Origin: an uncultured Clostridia bacterium
GTDB taxonomy: Bacteria > Bacillota > Clostridia > TANB77 > CAG-508
Reading direction: 5' to 3'
DNA: 64,000 nucleotides
Assembly (NCBI GenBank): GCA_934154515.1
Contig: CAKPGD010000001.1
Coordinates: 2,809-66,808, forward strand
Below, piece by piece: positions 47,129 to 57,006 of the stretch. The notes beneath the pieces were generated by a model, which worked only from the letters and a program-made list of their open reading frames with translations, was not told where the DNA came from and made no database searches. A program made the position numbers and the translations under genes. The first letter of the stretch is position 1. Every line of letters begins with the position of its first letter.

Positions 47129-49231
47129 TTAGTTTTGAATTTGAGTAGATGGTTTAGCATTCATATCTTCTGTTACTTTATTTGCATTCATTCCAAAATA
47201 TTCTGCTATTATATCTCTTGCTACTTCTGAGTTATAACCTCCGCTTCCACCGTTTTCAATCATTGCTACTACTGCAATTTCTGGGTCATCAAATGGTGCA
47301 AAGCCAACAAACCATGCTATTGTTTTTCCAGCTACTCCTGTTTGTGCTGAACCTGTTTTTCCTCCTACTTCAATATTAAAGTCCTTAAAGTATGAATACG
47401 CTGTTCCTCCAGATTCACTTGTAACTCCTCTCATTCCTTCTTTTATTGCATCTAAATTCTTTTTGTCAAAATCTAGTTCTGTTGGTGTTTCTTTTGATAT
47501 TCCTAATCTTTTTGTTACAAATTCTTTAAGTTCTTCATTTGATACACTATTTCCATCTGCATCCATTATTCCTTTTATTATTGTTACATCTACATTATTT
47601 CCACCATTTGCTATTATGCTAATATATTTGGCCATTTCTATTGGTGTAAAACTATTGTCATGTTGTCCTATTGCAGCTTGTAGTGTATTTCCTCCTGTGT
47701 ACGTTTCTCCTCTTTCTTTTGAAGTTTCTTTACTTGATACTATTCCAGAAACTTCTCCTAAAAGTTCTACTCCTGTTTTGCTTCCAAGGCCTAATGCTTT
47801 TGCATATCTTGATAATGTATCTATTCCCACTCTATTTCCTAGTTCATAGAAAAAATAATTACAAGAATGTTTTATTGCATCTGTTACGTTTAAATATCCA
47901 TGACCTCTTCCATATGACTTATATATCCAGCATTTAGGTTGATAGTCTGATGAATATCTATATATACCAACATCATTTATTTTTTCTGTTGTTGTTATTG
48001 CCCCTGTTTCTAGAGCTGCAAGTGCAGTTACCATTTTAAATGTAGACCCAGGTGCATATACTGATGAAATTGCTCTATTTAAAAATGGTGAATTTGATCC
48101 TTCTGATATATATTCGTTATATTTTTCACTACTTATTCCATCTACAAATAGTTGTGGTTCGAACTCTGGATAACTTGCCATTGCAAGTATTTCTCCTGTT
48201 TTTACATTCATTACTACAACTGCACCTGCATTTGCATCATATGCTTTTCCATATCCACCATTTCTTATTTTCTCTATATTATTTTTTAATGCATTTTCTG
48301 TTACTTGTTGAAGGTTTCCGTCTATTGTTAGTATTACGTTTTTTCCTGCAACTGCTTCTTCTACAACAGATTCATCTGTTATTGTTCCGTCTACTGCCAT
48401 ATCTATTTGTTTAATTCCGTCTTTTCCTTTTAGATATGGTTCAAATATATATTCTATTCCTATTTTTCCTATTCTATCATTTAAATCATAGCCTTCATTT
48501 TCTTTTAGTTCATCTTCATTTATTTTTCCTACATATCCTAATATATGTGATGCAAGTGTTCCTGAAGGGTAACTTCTTAATGCTTCTGTACTAATTGTTA
48601 ATCCCGGAAATTCATCATTTCTTTCGTTAAAAATCGCTACGCTTGTTTCTGATATATTACTTGCAAACTCTACATTTTTTGTGCTACTATATCCTTCTTT
48701 TGCAATAGTATATCTCATTGTCATTATTTTTCTTGCTTCTTGTACATTCTCATTTGAAATTTTATATTTGTCTTTTAATATGTAAAAACATTCTTCTGCT
48801 GTTTTATTTTCGTCTATATTATTACTTTTTTTCCATTTAATTTGTGATTCTTCTGATATAGTAAATTCAAATGGTTCTACTTTTATTGGTAAATTGTCTG
48901 TGTAGCTATCATTATTTTGTTCTAATATATTTACTATTTTTAATAAAGATGTATTTAGTGTTTCATTGTCTATTTTTGTTTTGTATAATTTTAAAACATA
49001 TCCAGATTTTGTCGTAGCTAGTTTGTTTCCGGACTGATCTAATATATTCCCCCTTGCTGCTTTTAATGTACTTTCTCTTGAAAGTCTTGTGTTTGACTGT
49101 TCTCTATATTCTTCTCCTTTTACAATTTGAAGGTTAAATAGTTGAACTAGTAGAATTATTCCAAATATGTATACAAATGCTGACAATATATTATATCTTA
49201 ATTTTTCTTTTTCACTTCTGCCTCGGTTCAA
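47129..49231 (-). CDS. mrdA: Penicillin-binding protein 2 (class B transpeptidase, MrdA/PBP2-like)
   Basis: 700 aa. N-terminal TM. Active-site STFK motif (PGSTFKMVTALAALE), plus SxN and KTG(S/T) motifs downstream. Positioned between mreD and minC. Confidence 0.85.
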   Translation of the reverse strand: MNRGRSEKEKLRYNILSAFVYIFGIILLVQLFNLQIVKGEEYREQSNTRLSRESTLKAARGNILDQSGNKLATTKSGYVLKLYKTKIDNETLNTSLLKIVNILEQNNDSYTDNLPIKVEPFEFTISEESQIKWKKSNNIDENKTAEECFYILKDKYKISNENVQEARKIMTMRYTIAKEGYSSTKNVEFASNISETSVAIFNERNDEFPGLTISTEALRSYPSGTLASHILGYVGKINEDELKENEGYDLNDRIGKIGIEYIFEPYLKGKDGIKQIDMAVDGTITDESVVEEAVAGKNVILTIDGNLQQVTENALKNNIEKIRNGGYGKAYDANAGAVVVMNVKTGEILAMASYPEFEPQLFVDGISSEKYNEYISEGSNSPFLNRAISSVYAPGSTFKMVTALAALETGAITTTEKINDVGIYRYSSDYQPKCWIYKSYGRGHGYLNVTDAIKHSCNYFFYELGNRVGIDTLSRYAKALGLGSKTGVELLGEVSGIVSSKETSKERGETYTGGNTLQAAIGQHDNSFTPIEMAKYISIIANGGNNVDVTIIKGIMDADGNSVSNEELKEFVTKRLGISKETPTELDFDKKNLDAIKEGMRGVTSESGGTAYSYFKDFNIEVGGKTGSAQTGVAGKTIAWFVGFAPFDDPEIAVVAMIENGGSGGYNSEVARDIIAEYFGMNANKVTEDMNAKPSTQIQN

Positions 49232-49256
49232 GCTATCACCTCCATTTATTATTTGT

Positions 49257-49790
49257 TTAAAAATACCTTGTTAAAATCTTTTGCTCTTTAAATATGTCTT
49301 CTACTTTATATCCTAGTGTTTGTATTGCTGGGTATAAAATTATTGTAAGTATTGAATTGTATATAATTTCTACCAACAGAATTTTTATAAATTGCATTAC
49401 TTCTATATATGAGCCTAATGTTACTATATTTAGTATATAACTTCCTATTTCGTATATTGCTGTGCTTCCTATTACCATAAGCATTATTGTTAATTTACTA
49501 TCTTTTGAAAAGTTTTTATCAAAATACCATCCAAGTATTGCAATTAGTGTTAGCATCAATGTTGATGTTCCTAATTTTTTTCCAAGTACTATATCTAAAT
49601 ATATTCCGAAAAATAGTGCACATCCTATTCCTGGCTTTATTCCAGCAAATAAGCTTATAAAAAGTATTAGTATTATAAATAAATTTGGTTTTATTCCAGC
49701 AATAGTAAACCAACTAAAAAAGTTGGCTTGTAAGAAATATATAATTAAAAACGCTATAAATAGCAAAAAAATTACTAATGTTTTTTTCAT
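49257..49790 (-). CDS. mreD: Rod shape-determining protein MreD
   Basis: 177 aa polytopic membrane protein immediately downstream of mreC. Confidence 0.7.
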   Translation of the reverse strand: MKKTLVIFLLFIAFLIIYFLQANFFSWFTIAGIKPNLFIILILFISLFAGIKPGIGCALFFGIYLDIVLGKKLGTSTLMLTLIAILGWYFDKNFSKDSKLTIMLMVIGSTAIYEIGSYILNIVTLGSYIEVMQFIKILLVEIIYNSILTIILYPAIQTLGYKVEDIFKEQKILTRYF

Positions 49791-49873
49791 TCTATTCCTA
49801 CTTTTCTATATAGTATTAGCTTAAGTTGTAAACTTAAATGTTAGCTTAAGTTGTTGAATTTAAATTATTAAAT

Positions 49874-50689
49874 TTATTTGGTTATAACTAATACTGTTTC
49901 AATCTTTGTAAAGTCTACTGCTGTTGTAATTTGTGCATACCTATCTGTTATATTTTTTGTGTTTACAACATTACTTACTGTTCCTACTAGTATTCCTTTT
50001 GGATATATTCCACCTAATCCTGAAGTTTCTATTGTGTCTCCTTGCATTATTGTTGCCTCTGTTGGTATATATGTTGCTTTTAATAGTGAGTTTCCTTCTA
50101 ATGTTCCTCTTGCTATTATATTGTCTCTTGATGCTGTCAATGTGCAACTTATACTACTTGATGTGTCTACTATTGTTTGGACTTTTGCTGTATTTGAAGT
50201 TACTGATATTACATGTCCTACTAATCCTTTGTCTGATATTACAGTCATATTTACTTCTATACCATCATCTGTTCCTACATTTATAATAATTGTATCATTA
50301 TAATTACTTATGTCCTTATTTATAACATATGCTGGCATCGTTGTGTATTCTGTATATTTATCTTTTAAATTTACATATTCTCTTAAAGTTGCATTTTCTG
50401 ATTTTACTATTTCAAATTCTCTTAATTCTTGCTCTAATTTACTTTTTTCTTCTTTTAACTTTGAATTTTCTTCCTTTAAATTATTTATATCTGTAAAGAA
50501 GTCATCATTTTTTGATATTCCATTTTTTATGTATGTAAGACCATTTTGTATTGGCATTACGAAGAAATTAAATACTCCTTCTACATAAGATAGATTATTT
50601 ATTTGTACATTTGAAATTATTACAATAATAACTAGAATAATTACAGCTATAATAATTCCAATTATTCCTCTTTTTTTATTATTACTCAT
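49874..50689 (-). CDS. mreC: Rod shape-determining protein MreC
   Basis: 271 aa. N-terminal TM, coiled coil (LKEENSKLKEEKSKLEQELREF), beta-rich C-terminal domain. Between mreB and mreD. Confidence 0.8.
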   Translation of the reverse strand: MSNNKKRGIIGIIIAVIILVIIVIISNVQINNLSYVEGVFNFFVMPIQNGLTYIKNGISKNDDFFTDINNLKEENSKLKEEKSKLEQELREFEIVKSENATLREYVNLKDKYTEYTTMPAYVINKDISNYNDTIIINVGTDDGIEVNMTVISDKGLVGHVISVTSNTAKVQTIVDTSSSISCTLTASRDNIIARGTLEGNSLLKATYIPTEATIMQGDTIETSGLGGIYPKGILVGTVSNVVNTKNITDRYAQITTAVDFTKIETVLVITK

Positions 50690-50725
50690 AAATAATCTAC
50701 CTCCTTAATTTTTACATTTTATTAA

Positions 50726-51757
50726 TTAGCGTCTTCTTCTTGAATTTATTAACACACTTTTTAATTTTTCTAAATCTTCTATTGTTTTTTCTGTTCCTTT
50801 TACTACACAATCTAATGGATCTTCTGCTATATATACTGGCATTCCTGTTTTATAACTTAATAGCTTGTCTAAATTTTGAATTAAGGCTCCTCCACCTGCT
50901 AAAACTATACCTTTTTCCATAATATCTGACGCCAACTCTGGTGGTGTTTTTTCCAGTGTTTGTTTTACACTTTCTACTATTTCGTTTACTGATTCTGCCA
51001 TTGCTTGCATTATTTGTGAAGAATATATTTCTATATTTCTTGGAAGTCCTGTTGTTAAGTCTCTTCCTCTTACAGTCATTGGAACATCTGTCATAAGTGG
51101 CATTGCACATCCTATTGCCATTTTTATTTCTTCTGCAGTTGTTTCTCCTATTGCTAGGTTTAACTCTTTCTTTATATAGTTTACTATGTCCTCGTTAAGT
51201 TCATCTCCTGCTACTCTTAATGATGTACTTACTACTATTCCGCCTAAAGATATAACTGCAACTTCTGTTGTTCCTCCTCCAATATCTACAATTATATTCC
51301 CGCTTGGTTCTGCAACATCTAAGCTTGCTCCTATTGCTGCTGCCATTGGTTCTTCTATTAAATATACTTCTCTTGCTCCTGCTTGAAGTACACTTTCTTC
51401 TACTGCTCTTTCTTCTACTTCTGTAATTCCTGATGGTACTCCTACAACAACTCTAGGTCTTACTACGTTATATCTTTGGCATACTTTTGATATTAGATTT
51501 TTTAGCATTAATTGTGTTGCTGTAAAATCTGCTATAACACCATCTTTCATAGGTCTTACTGCTTTTATTTCTTTTGGTGTTCTTCCTAACATTTCTTTTG
51601 CCTCATGTCCTGTTGCTAAAATTGCTCCTGTTTTTCTTTCTATTGCTACAACAGATGGTTCTTTTAATACAATTCCTTTTCCTCTTAATGTAACTAATGT
51701 ATTTGCCGTTCCTAGGTCTATGCCTATATCTTTACTTTTTAGTCCAAATAATTTCAT
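50726..51757 (-). CDS. mreB: Rod shape-determining actin homolog MreB
   Basis: 343 aa. GIDLGTANTLV phosphate-1 motif, DIGGGTTEVAVIS and LAGGGALIQNLDKLL motifs. Confidence 0.9.
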   Translation of the reverse strand: MKLFGLKSKDIGIDLGTANTLVTLRGKGIVLKEPSVVAIERKTGAILATGHEAKEMLGRTPKEIKAVRPMKDGVIADFTATQLMLKNLISKVCQRYNVVRPRVVVGVPSGITEVEERAVEESVLQAGAREVYLIEEPMAAAIGASLDVAEPSGNIIVDIGGGTTEVAVISLGGIVVSTSLRVAGDELNEDIVNYIKKELNLAIGETTAEEIKMAIGCAMPLMTDVPMTVRGRDLTTGLPRNIEIYSSQIMQAMAESVNEIVESVKQTLEKTPPELASDIMEKGIVLAGGGALIQNLDKLLSYKTGMPVYIAEDPLDCVVKGTEKTIEDLEKLKSVLINSRRRR

Positions 51758-51830
51758 AACACTTTTCCTTTCTCATTTTGTATAGTAAAAGGGATAGATA
51801 CTTTTGTTATTTATCTCTCCCTCTAATTTT

Positions 51831-52529
51831 CTAATTTAACTTTTGTGTTTTTAAGAATATGCTTTCATAATTTCCGTCACCAATTACAATATGATCTAGT
51901 AATTGTATTCCTAATAATTTTGCACATTCATCCATTCTATTTGTCATTTCTATATCTGCATTGCTTGGTGTTGGGTCACCACTTGGATGATTATGAACTA
52001 TAATTACTTTTGGTACTTCCATTTTTACGGCTTCTTTTAGTATTTCTTTAGGTTGTACTACTATTGAGGATGTTCCTCCAATAGCAATATCTATTATTTT
52101 TTGTATTACATTTTTACTATTTAATAATATAACCTTTAAAATTTCTTTCTTTTCATACCTTAGTTCTTCAATAAGCAAATTAGCTACATCTTTTGGAGTT
52201 TTTATTATTATTTTTTCGCTATTAATTGGCCTTGCTATTCTTTTTGCAAGTTCACATACTGCCTTTATTTGTATTGCTTTTACTCTTCCAATTCCTTTTA
52301 TTTTTGTTAGTTCTTCTATTGGTGTTTGCTCTAAAAATCTCATACTTTTACTTTCGTCTTTATTTATTGAAAGTATTTTTTGAGCTAATTGTACTGCTGT
52401 TTCTTCTTTTGTTCCTGTTTTTATTATTATTGCTAATAGTTCTGAATTTGATAAAGTTTGTTCCCCATACATTTCTAACTTTTCGTATGGTCTTTCTGAT
52501 ATTGGTAATTCATTTAATTTTATTGGCAT
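51831..52529 (-). CDS. radC: RadC-like JAB/MPN domain protein
   Basis: 232 aa. HhH N-terminus. JAMM motif HNHPSGDPTPSNAD. Confidence 0.85.
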   Translation of the reverse strand: MPIKLNELPISERPYEKLEMYGEQTLSNSELLAIIIKTGTKEETAVQLAQKILSINKDESKSMRFLEQTPIEELTKIKGIGRVKAIQIKAVCELAKRIARPINSEKIIIKTPKDVANLLIEELRYEKKEILKVILLNSKNVIQKIIDIAIGGTSSIVVQPKEILKEAVKMEVPKVIIVHNHPSGDPTPSNADIEMTNRMDECAKLLGIQLLDHIVIGDGNYESIFLKTQKLN

Positions 52530-52578
52530 AGTTTTTCCTTTCTATGCCCCTTTATTATTATTCCTCTTTTTTTAATTG

Positions 52579-52836
52579 TTAAACTTTTCTATATATAAAT
52601 ATCGCTAAAACTAGTCCTATAATGCTTGCAATATTTATTTTGAATACTAGTCCAAAAGTTATTTGCATTATGTTTAGGTCTAATTGAATAGGTGATGTTA
52701 ATCCAAAACTTTGTCCATATGATAACCACCATAAAAAATCTACTTTCCCTGCTAATTCTCCAAGTAATCCCCCTATTACTAATCCTGAAAATATAAATAA
52801 CATTAATATCCATATATTTTTTTCTCTTGTTGCCAT
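52579..52836 (-). CDS. Small DUF4321-like membrane protein
   Basis: 85 aa with two TM helices. Sits in the position conserved upstream of radC/mreB in Firmicutes. Confidence 0.55.
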   Translation of the reverse strand: MATREKNIWILMLFIFSGLVIGGLLGELAGKVDFLWWLSYGQSFGLTSPIQLDLNIMQITFGLVFKINIASIIGLVLAIFIYRKV

Positions 52837-53152
52837 TTTTATTCCTACCTTTCACTTATTTCCCTATGGAAATATTCTCTTTTGTTTTTTCTTCACATAT
52901 TATATATGTAATTGTAATTTTTTTCAAGTAAAACAAGACAAAATTTACAATTTCTCTTTTATTTTTTCTAATGCTGTGTTATATTAATTAGTACATTTAA
53001 AATTTCTTAGCATATAATATAGAAACAGATTAACTTTTACCATAAATTGTTCATTTATTTTTACTACTATTAGTGCTATAATTAATGTATACAAAATTAT
53101 TAAGGAATAATTGTTTTTACAATTACTTTCTAGTCAAATTGGAGGATTTATA

Positions 53153-53779
53153 ATGCGTTTTGAAAAACTTAATGAAAATAAAATAAGAATCACTCTAACA
53201 AATCAAGATTTAATACAAAAAAATATTGATTTTCATTCTTTTATGGCTGACCCTATTGAGTCTCAAAATTTATTTTTTGATATGTTAGATGAGGCTGAAG
53301 AAAAAATTGGTTTTAAAACTAAGGATTATCAAATTAGAATTGAGGCAATGCAAGTTAACGGTGGAGATTTTATTTTAACTGTTACAAGAAGTCTTCCTGA
53401 AGATAAAAAATCTTTGGATAATAAGAGAAAGGTACATATAAAAAGAAAACAAATTAATAATTTTAAGGATGAAGAAGCTATTTATAGTTTTGCATCTTTT
53501 GAAGATTTTTGTGCTTTTACAAATTTCTTAAATAATGCTAATATCAAGCTTTCTAATATTGCTAAAAATATTTCTTTATATGATTATAAAAATGTGTATT
53601 ACTTAGTATTTTCTAATATTAATTTAAATTATCCAGATATTAAAAAATTGTTTTCTGCTATTACTGAATTTGCTACTTATGTTAGTAGACCTGACTTATT
53701 TGTCACTAAACTTTCTGAAAATGGCAAGATAATAATGAAAAATAATGCTTTAAAAACTGCTATTAAGTTTTTTGCATAG
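53153..53779 (+). CDS. mecA: MecA-like adaptor protein (negative regulator of competence; ClpC adaptor)
   Basis: The start at 53153 (MRFEKLNENKIRITLTNQDL...) is preceded by a GGAGGA RBS. The N-terminal domain resembles MecA. The longest ORF starts 14 codons upstream. Confidence 0.7.
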   Translation: MRFEKLNENKIRITLTNQDLIQKNIDFHSFMADPIESQNLFFDMLDEAEEKIGFKTKDYQIRIEAMQVNGGDFILTVTRSLPEDKKSLDNKRKVHIKRKQINNFKDEEAIYSFASFEDFCAFTNFLNNANIKLSNIAKNISLYDYKNVYYLVFSNINLNYPDIKKLFSAITEFATYVSRPDLFVTKLSENGKIIMKNNALKTAIKFFA

Positions 53780-53859
53780 CAGATTGTATTAATGATTTTG
53801 TTATTTGATTTATTACTATAAAAGTCCAAACTATTTTGTTTTAGTTTGGACTTTTTGTT

Positions 53860-54756
53860 TTAATATAAATCTTCAATTTCTTTGTTACTTAATCCTGTTA
53901 TGTCTATTATATCTTCAATAGGCATTTTAATTTTTATTAATTTCTTTGCTATTTCTATTTGAGCTTTTTTTATTCCTTTTTTCTCTCCGTCATCAATTCC
54001 TGCTGCATATATTGACTTTTCATCCATTATTGCTTTATCTCTTAGCTCTGCAAGTTTTCTTAGTTTCTCGTCTTTACTCATTTTTACTATTTCTACTGTC
54101 GCCTCTTTTATATTTTCATTTTTTTCCACTATTTCTTGCACATCCATATCATTTGGATTATTTAAAAATAACAACCATTGTGCTTTCTCATTTGTCTTAT
54201 CTTTTTGGTATTCCTCTCGTACTTTACTTAATTCTATTATACAAATTTCAATTTTGTCTGTCAATACCATTTCTCTATGTTCTTTCTCTCTTAAATTCCA
54301 TACTGTCTCCATTTGTTTTAACTTCTTTGTTATCTCTATATTATAGTCTACTATTGCTACTATTACTACTTTTTTTGCTTTATTATAATCTTTCCCTTTT
54401 TGTATTTCTATTTCATATAACTTTGAAAAATAAAATAGTAGCCTTTCGGCTAAATTTTTTTGATTTATCAGTTGTACTTCTATATCTATTTTTTCTTTTC
54501 CATTTATATCTGCTTCTAAGTCTAATATTCCTAGTTTATCTTCTGGTCTTTCTCTAAATAATTCTTTCATATCATTTATTTGTAGACTTTCTATTTCTTC
54601 ATCTAACATCGCTGATATAAAATTTTTTGTTATATTTTCATTCTTTTGCGTAAATAGGCTCTGAAATACTATATCATTCTTTGGCTTTAATAGTTCCTTT
54701 ACTTTTCCTCCTTCATCTATAAGCTTTGTTTCTAATTTTTTCTCTCTTTTATTCAT
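53860..54756 (-). mobile_element. Rpn/YhgA-family PD-(D/E)XK recombination-promoting nuclease / putative transposase
   Basis: 298 aa. N-terminal motif DIVFQSLF...NFISAML. Nuclease core GILDLEAD...IDIEVQL. DUF4351-like C-terminal tail. Confidence 0.8.
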
Positions 54757-54930
54757 TAGTAATTCCTCCTTTAATTTTATTTTATATTTAATATCAAAAG
54801 ATTCTTTTCTTCATAAATAAAATTACTAACCTACAAAATAATTTTCTTTTTTCTGGAAACCTAAAGAACTAAATTTTATATTAGATTTTAAGATTTAATT
54901 TTTTGAAAAAATATGTTTTGAAAAAAATTT

Positions 54931-54975
54931 TTGACTAAAAATATAATATGGTTATTATACTATATTTTTAGTCAA
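54931..54975 (-). terminator. 15-bp perfect inverted repeat (ttgactaaaaatata ... tatatttttagtcaa) with T-run on the minus strand; putative terminator of the M23 peptidase gene
   Basis: Read directly from the sequence. Two ttttgaaaaaa direct repeats lie immediately upstream. Confidence 0.45.
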
Positions 54976-55022
54976 TTGTATATAATAATATTTCGTCTTA
55001 TTTTTGCATTTTTCGACATTTT

Positions 55023-56024
55023 TTAATATAAGTAATTTTGTGGATTTTGTGCTACGCCATTTACTCTTATCTCTAAGTGCAAATGATTTCCCGTTGAGTT
55101 ACCTGTATTTCCTACTGTTGCTATTGCTTGCCCTTGAGATACGTATTGACCTGGGCTTACAAGTAAACTTGTGCAATGACCATATAGTGTAGATATTCCG
55201 TTTCCATGTGATATCATAACATAGTTTCCATATCCTCCACTATATCCATATTGTGCAACAGTTACTGTACCTGATGCAGCAGCTACTATTGTTGTTCCTT
55301 TTGCTGCTCCTATATCTATACCTTTATGACTTCTTCCCCATCTTGAACCGAATCTTGAAGTTACTGTTCCAGATACTGGTCTTATTAAAGATATTCCTAA
55401 ACTTACTACTTTACTAGAAGAATTAACTCCTGATGCAGCAACCGCTGATGATTTTGATGCTACATACGTTCTTACGACTTTTTTTTCATATAAATCTGCT
55501 ACTGTTTGTTCAACTGTTGCAAATTCTACTAATTCTGTTCCATATTTTTCTAATATTCCAAGACTATCTTTATTTTTACTATCTTTTTTCTTTAATTGAT
55601 CTATAATATCTTCGGCTTCCGTAAAATTTGCCACATATTTTTTTTCTTCATTATCTACTGTTATTGCATAATATTTATAATATTGTGTACCTTGTGAAAT
55701 TACTTTTTCAAAAATTTCATCGTCATTTGCAACAATATTCTTTTTTAGTAGGCATAGTTTGTATTGTGGTAATTCGTCTATGTCTACAAAAGCAACATTT
55801 TCACCATTTCCTCTTTCTATATAATTGTTTATTTTTTCTTGAAGTTTGCTTTTATTTTCGCTATATCCTATCATCTCTCCATTTAATGTTACACTATATA
55901 TTGGTTTGTATACAGATGATATAATTCCAATTATTAAGAACGTTGCTATTGCTAATATTATTATAAATTTAGTACATTTTCTTATTTGAATAACGGTCTT
56001 TTTTAATTTACTAATTTTAAACAA
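55023..56024 (-). CDS. M23 family metallopeptidase with N-terminal TM anchor
   Basis: 333 aa. HKGIDIGA (HxxxD) and GNHLHLE (HxH) zinc-ligand motifs are intact. Confidence 0.8.
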   Translation of the reverse strand: MFKISKLKKTVIQIRKCTKFIIILAIATFLIIGIISSVYKPIYSVTLNGEMIGYSENKSKLQEKINNYIERGNGENVAFVDIDELPQYKLCLLKKNIVANDDEIFEKVISQGTQYYKYYAITVDNEEKKYVANFTEAEDIIDQLKKKDSKNKDSLGILEKYGTELVEFATVEQTVADLYEKKVVRTYVASKSSAVAASGVNSSSKVVSLGISLIRPVSGTVTSRFGSRWGRSHKGIDIGAAKGTTIVAAASGTVTVAQYGYSGGYGNYVMISHGNGISTLYGHCTSLLVSPGQYVSQGQAIATVGNTGNSTGNHLHLEIRVNGVAQNPQNYLY

Positions 56025-56253
56025 CTCCCTTACTTTTACTTATTCTATAATATATTATTTTAGTATTTTTTTCAATACTATTTTTAATATTTTTTAATGT
56101 TCCGTAAGGTTTCTCTTTGTTTTTCATTCATTTCTAAGCATTTTTGACGCAGTGTTCTTTTTTTATATTTTTGTTTTATATTGTTTTTTTGTTATTTTGT
56201 ATTTTATATTTTATTATTTTATTTTTATTACTTTTTCGACTTTATTATAATCT

Positions 56254-56299
56254 AAAAATAGAGTTGAGTACTATTTTTAGTAAACAACTCTATTTTTTT
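56254..56299 (-). terminator. Rho-independent terminator downstream of the cotF-like gene
   Basis: 10-bp perfect stem aatagagttg/caactctatt followed by a T-run. Confidence 0.55.
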
Positions 56300-56540
56300 A
56301 TTGTAATTCATTTTTTACAGTTTGTATTTCTGTTACAGTTGCTGGTTGTGCTGGTTTATAATATCCTTTAGCTTGGGCAACTTTAAATAATTCATATTGA
56401 AAGCTTTCATCATTATTTCTAATTTGTTGTATTGTTTGTCTTAAACTCATATTCTCTGCTTCTGAAATAACTCCTTGATATGTTGTTAGACTAGCTTTTA
56501 CGTTGTCTAAAATGTCATTTACCATTGTTTTTTCGTCCAC
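56298..56540 (-). CDS. Small spore coat protein F (Coat_F domain)-like protein
   Basis: 80 aa. Helical with a conserved D..N...E pattern. Paired with a second Coat_F-like ORF. Confidence 0.5.
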   Translation of the reverse strand: MDEKTMVNDILDNVKASLTTYQGVISEAENMSLRQTIQQIRNNDESFQYELFKVAQAKGYYKPAQPATVTEIQTVKNELQ

Positions 56541-56627
56541 TTTTAATTCCTCCTTTTGTTTTTGTAGATTTATTCTATTTTGATATCTATAAAAAGTATC
56601 AAAAAGAAAATGTTCTTTTTAGAACAA

Positions 56628-56816
56628 TTAAATATTTAAAAATGTCATAAGTTTTTGTTTTGTATTTAAAGCATCTTGTGCTGATTTTGTAAACATTTGC
56701 TTAATTTGTGGATCTACTGCTTGTGAAGCATACGTATTTAATTTTTGGTATGATGTCTCATGTGCACCTATTAGATGTCTTAAATTTTGTAGTTCTACTT
56801 GATTTAAATCTGCCAT
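56628..56816 (-). CDS. Small spore coat protein F (Coat_F domain)-like protein
   Basis: 62 aa with a similar pattern (LQNLRHLIGAHETSYQK...). Confidence 0.5.
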   Translation of the reverse strand: MADLNQVELQNLRHLIGAHETSYQKLNTYASQAVDPQIKQMFTKSAQDALNTKQKLMTFLNI

Positions 56817-57006
56817 TTTTATCCTTCCTTTCTTATTTATTCTTTTTTATTATTTACTTATTCTCTATTTTTATTCAAAAGTTTTTTGCACATATAAAAA
56901 GTCCTCCTGTATGGAGAACTTCTCTGTATTTTTATTTTATGCATTCTTTAGTTTTAAGTATTTAAAATCTAATTTTATAATAATATTTTTTAGCATTATC
57001 TGACTT

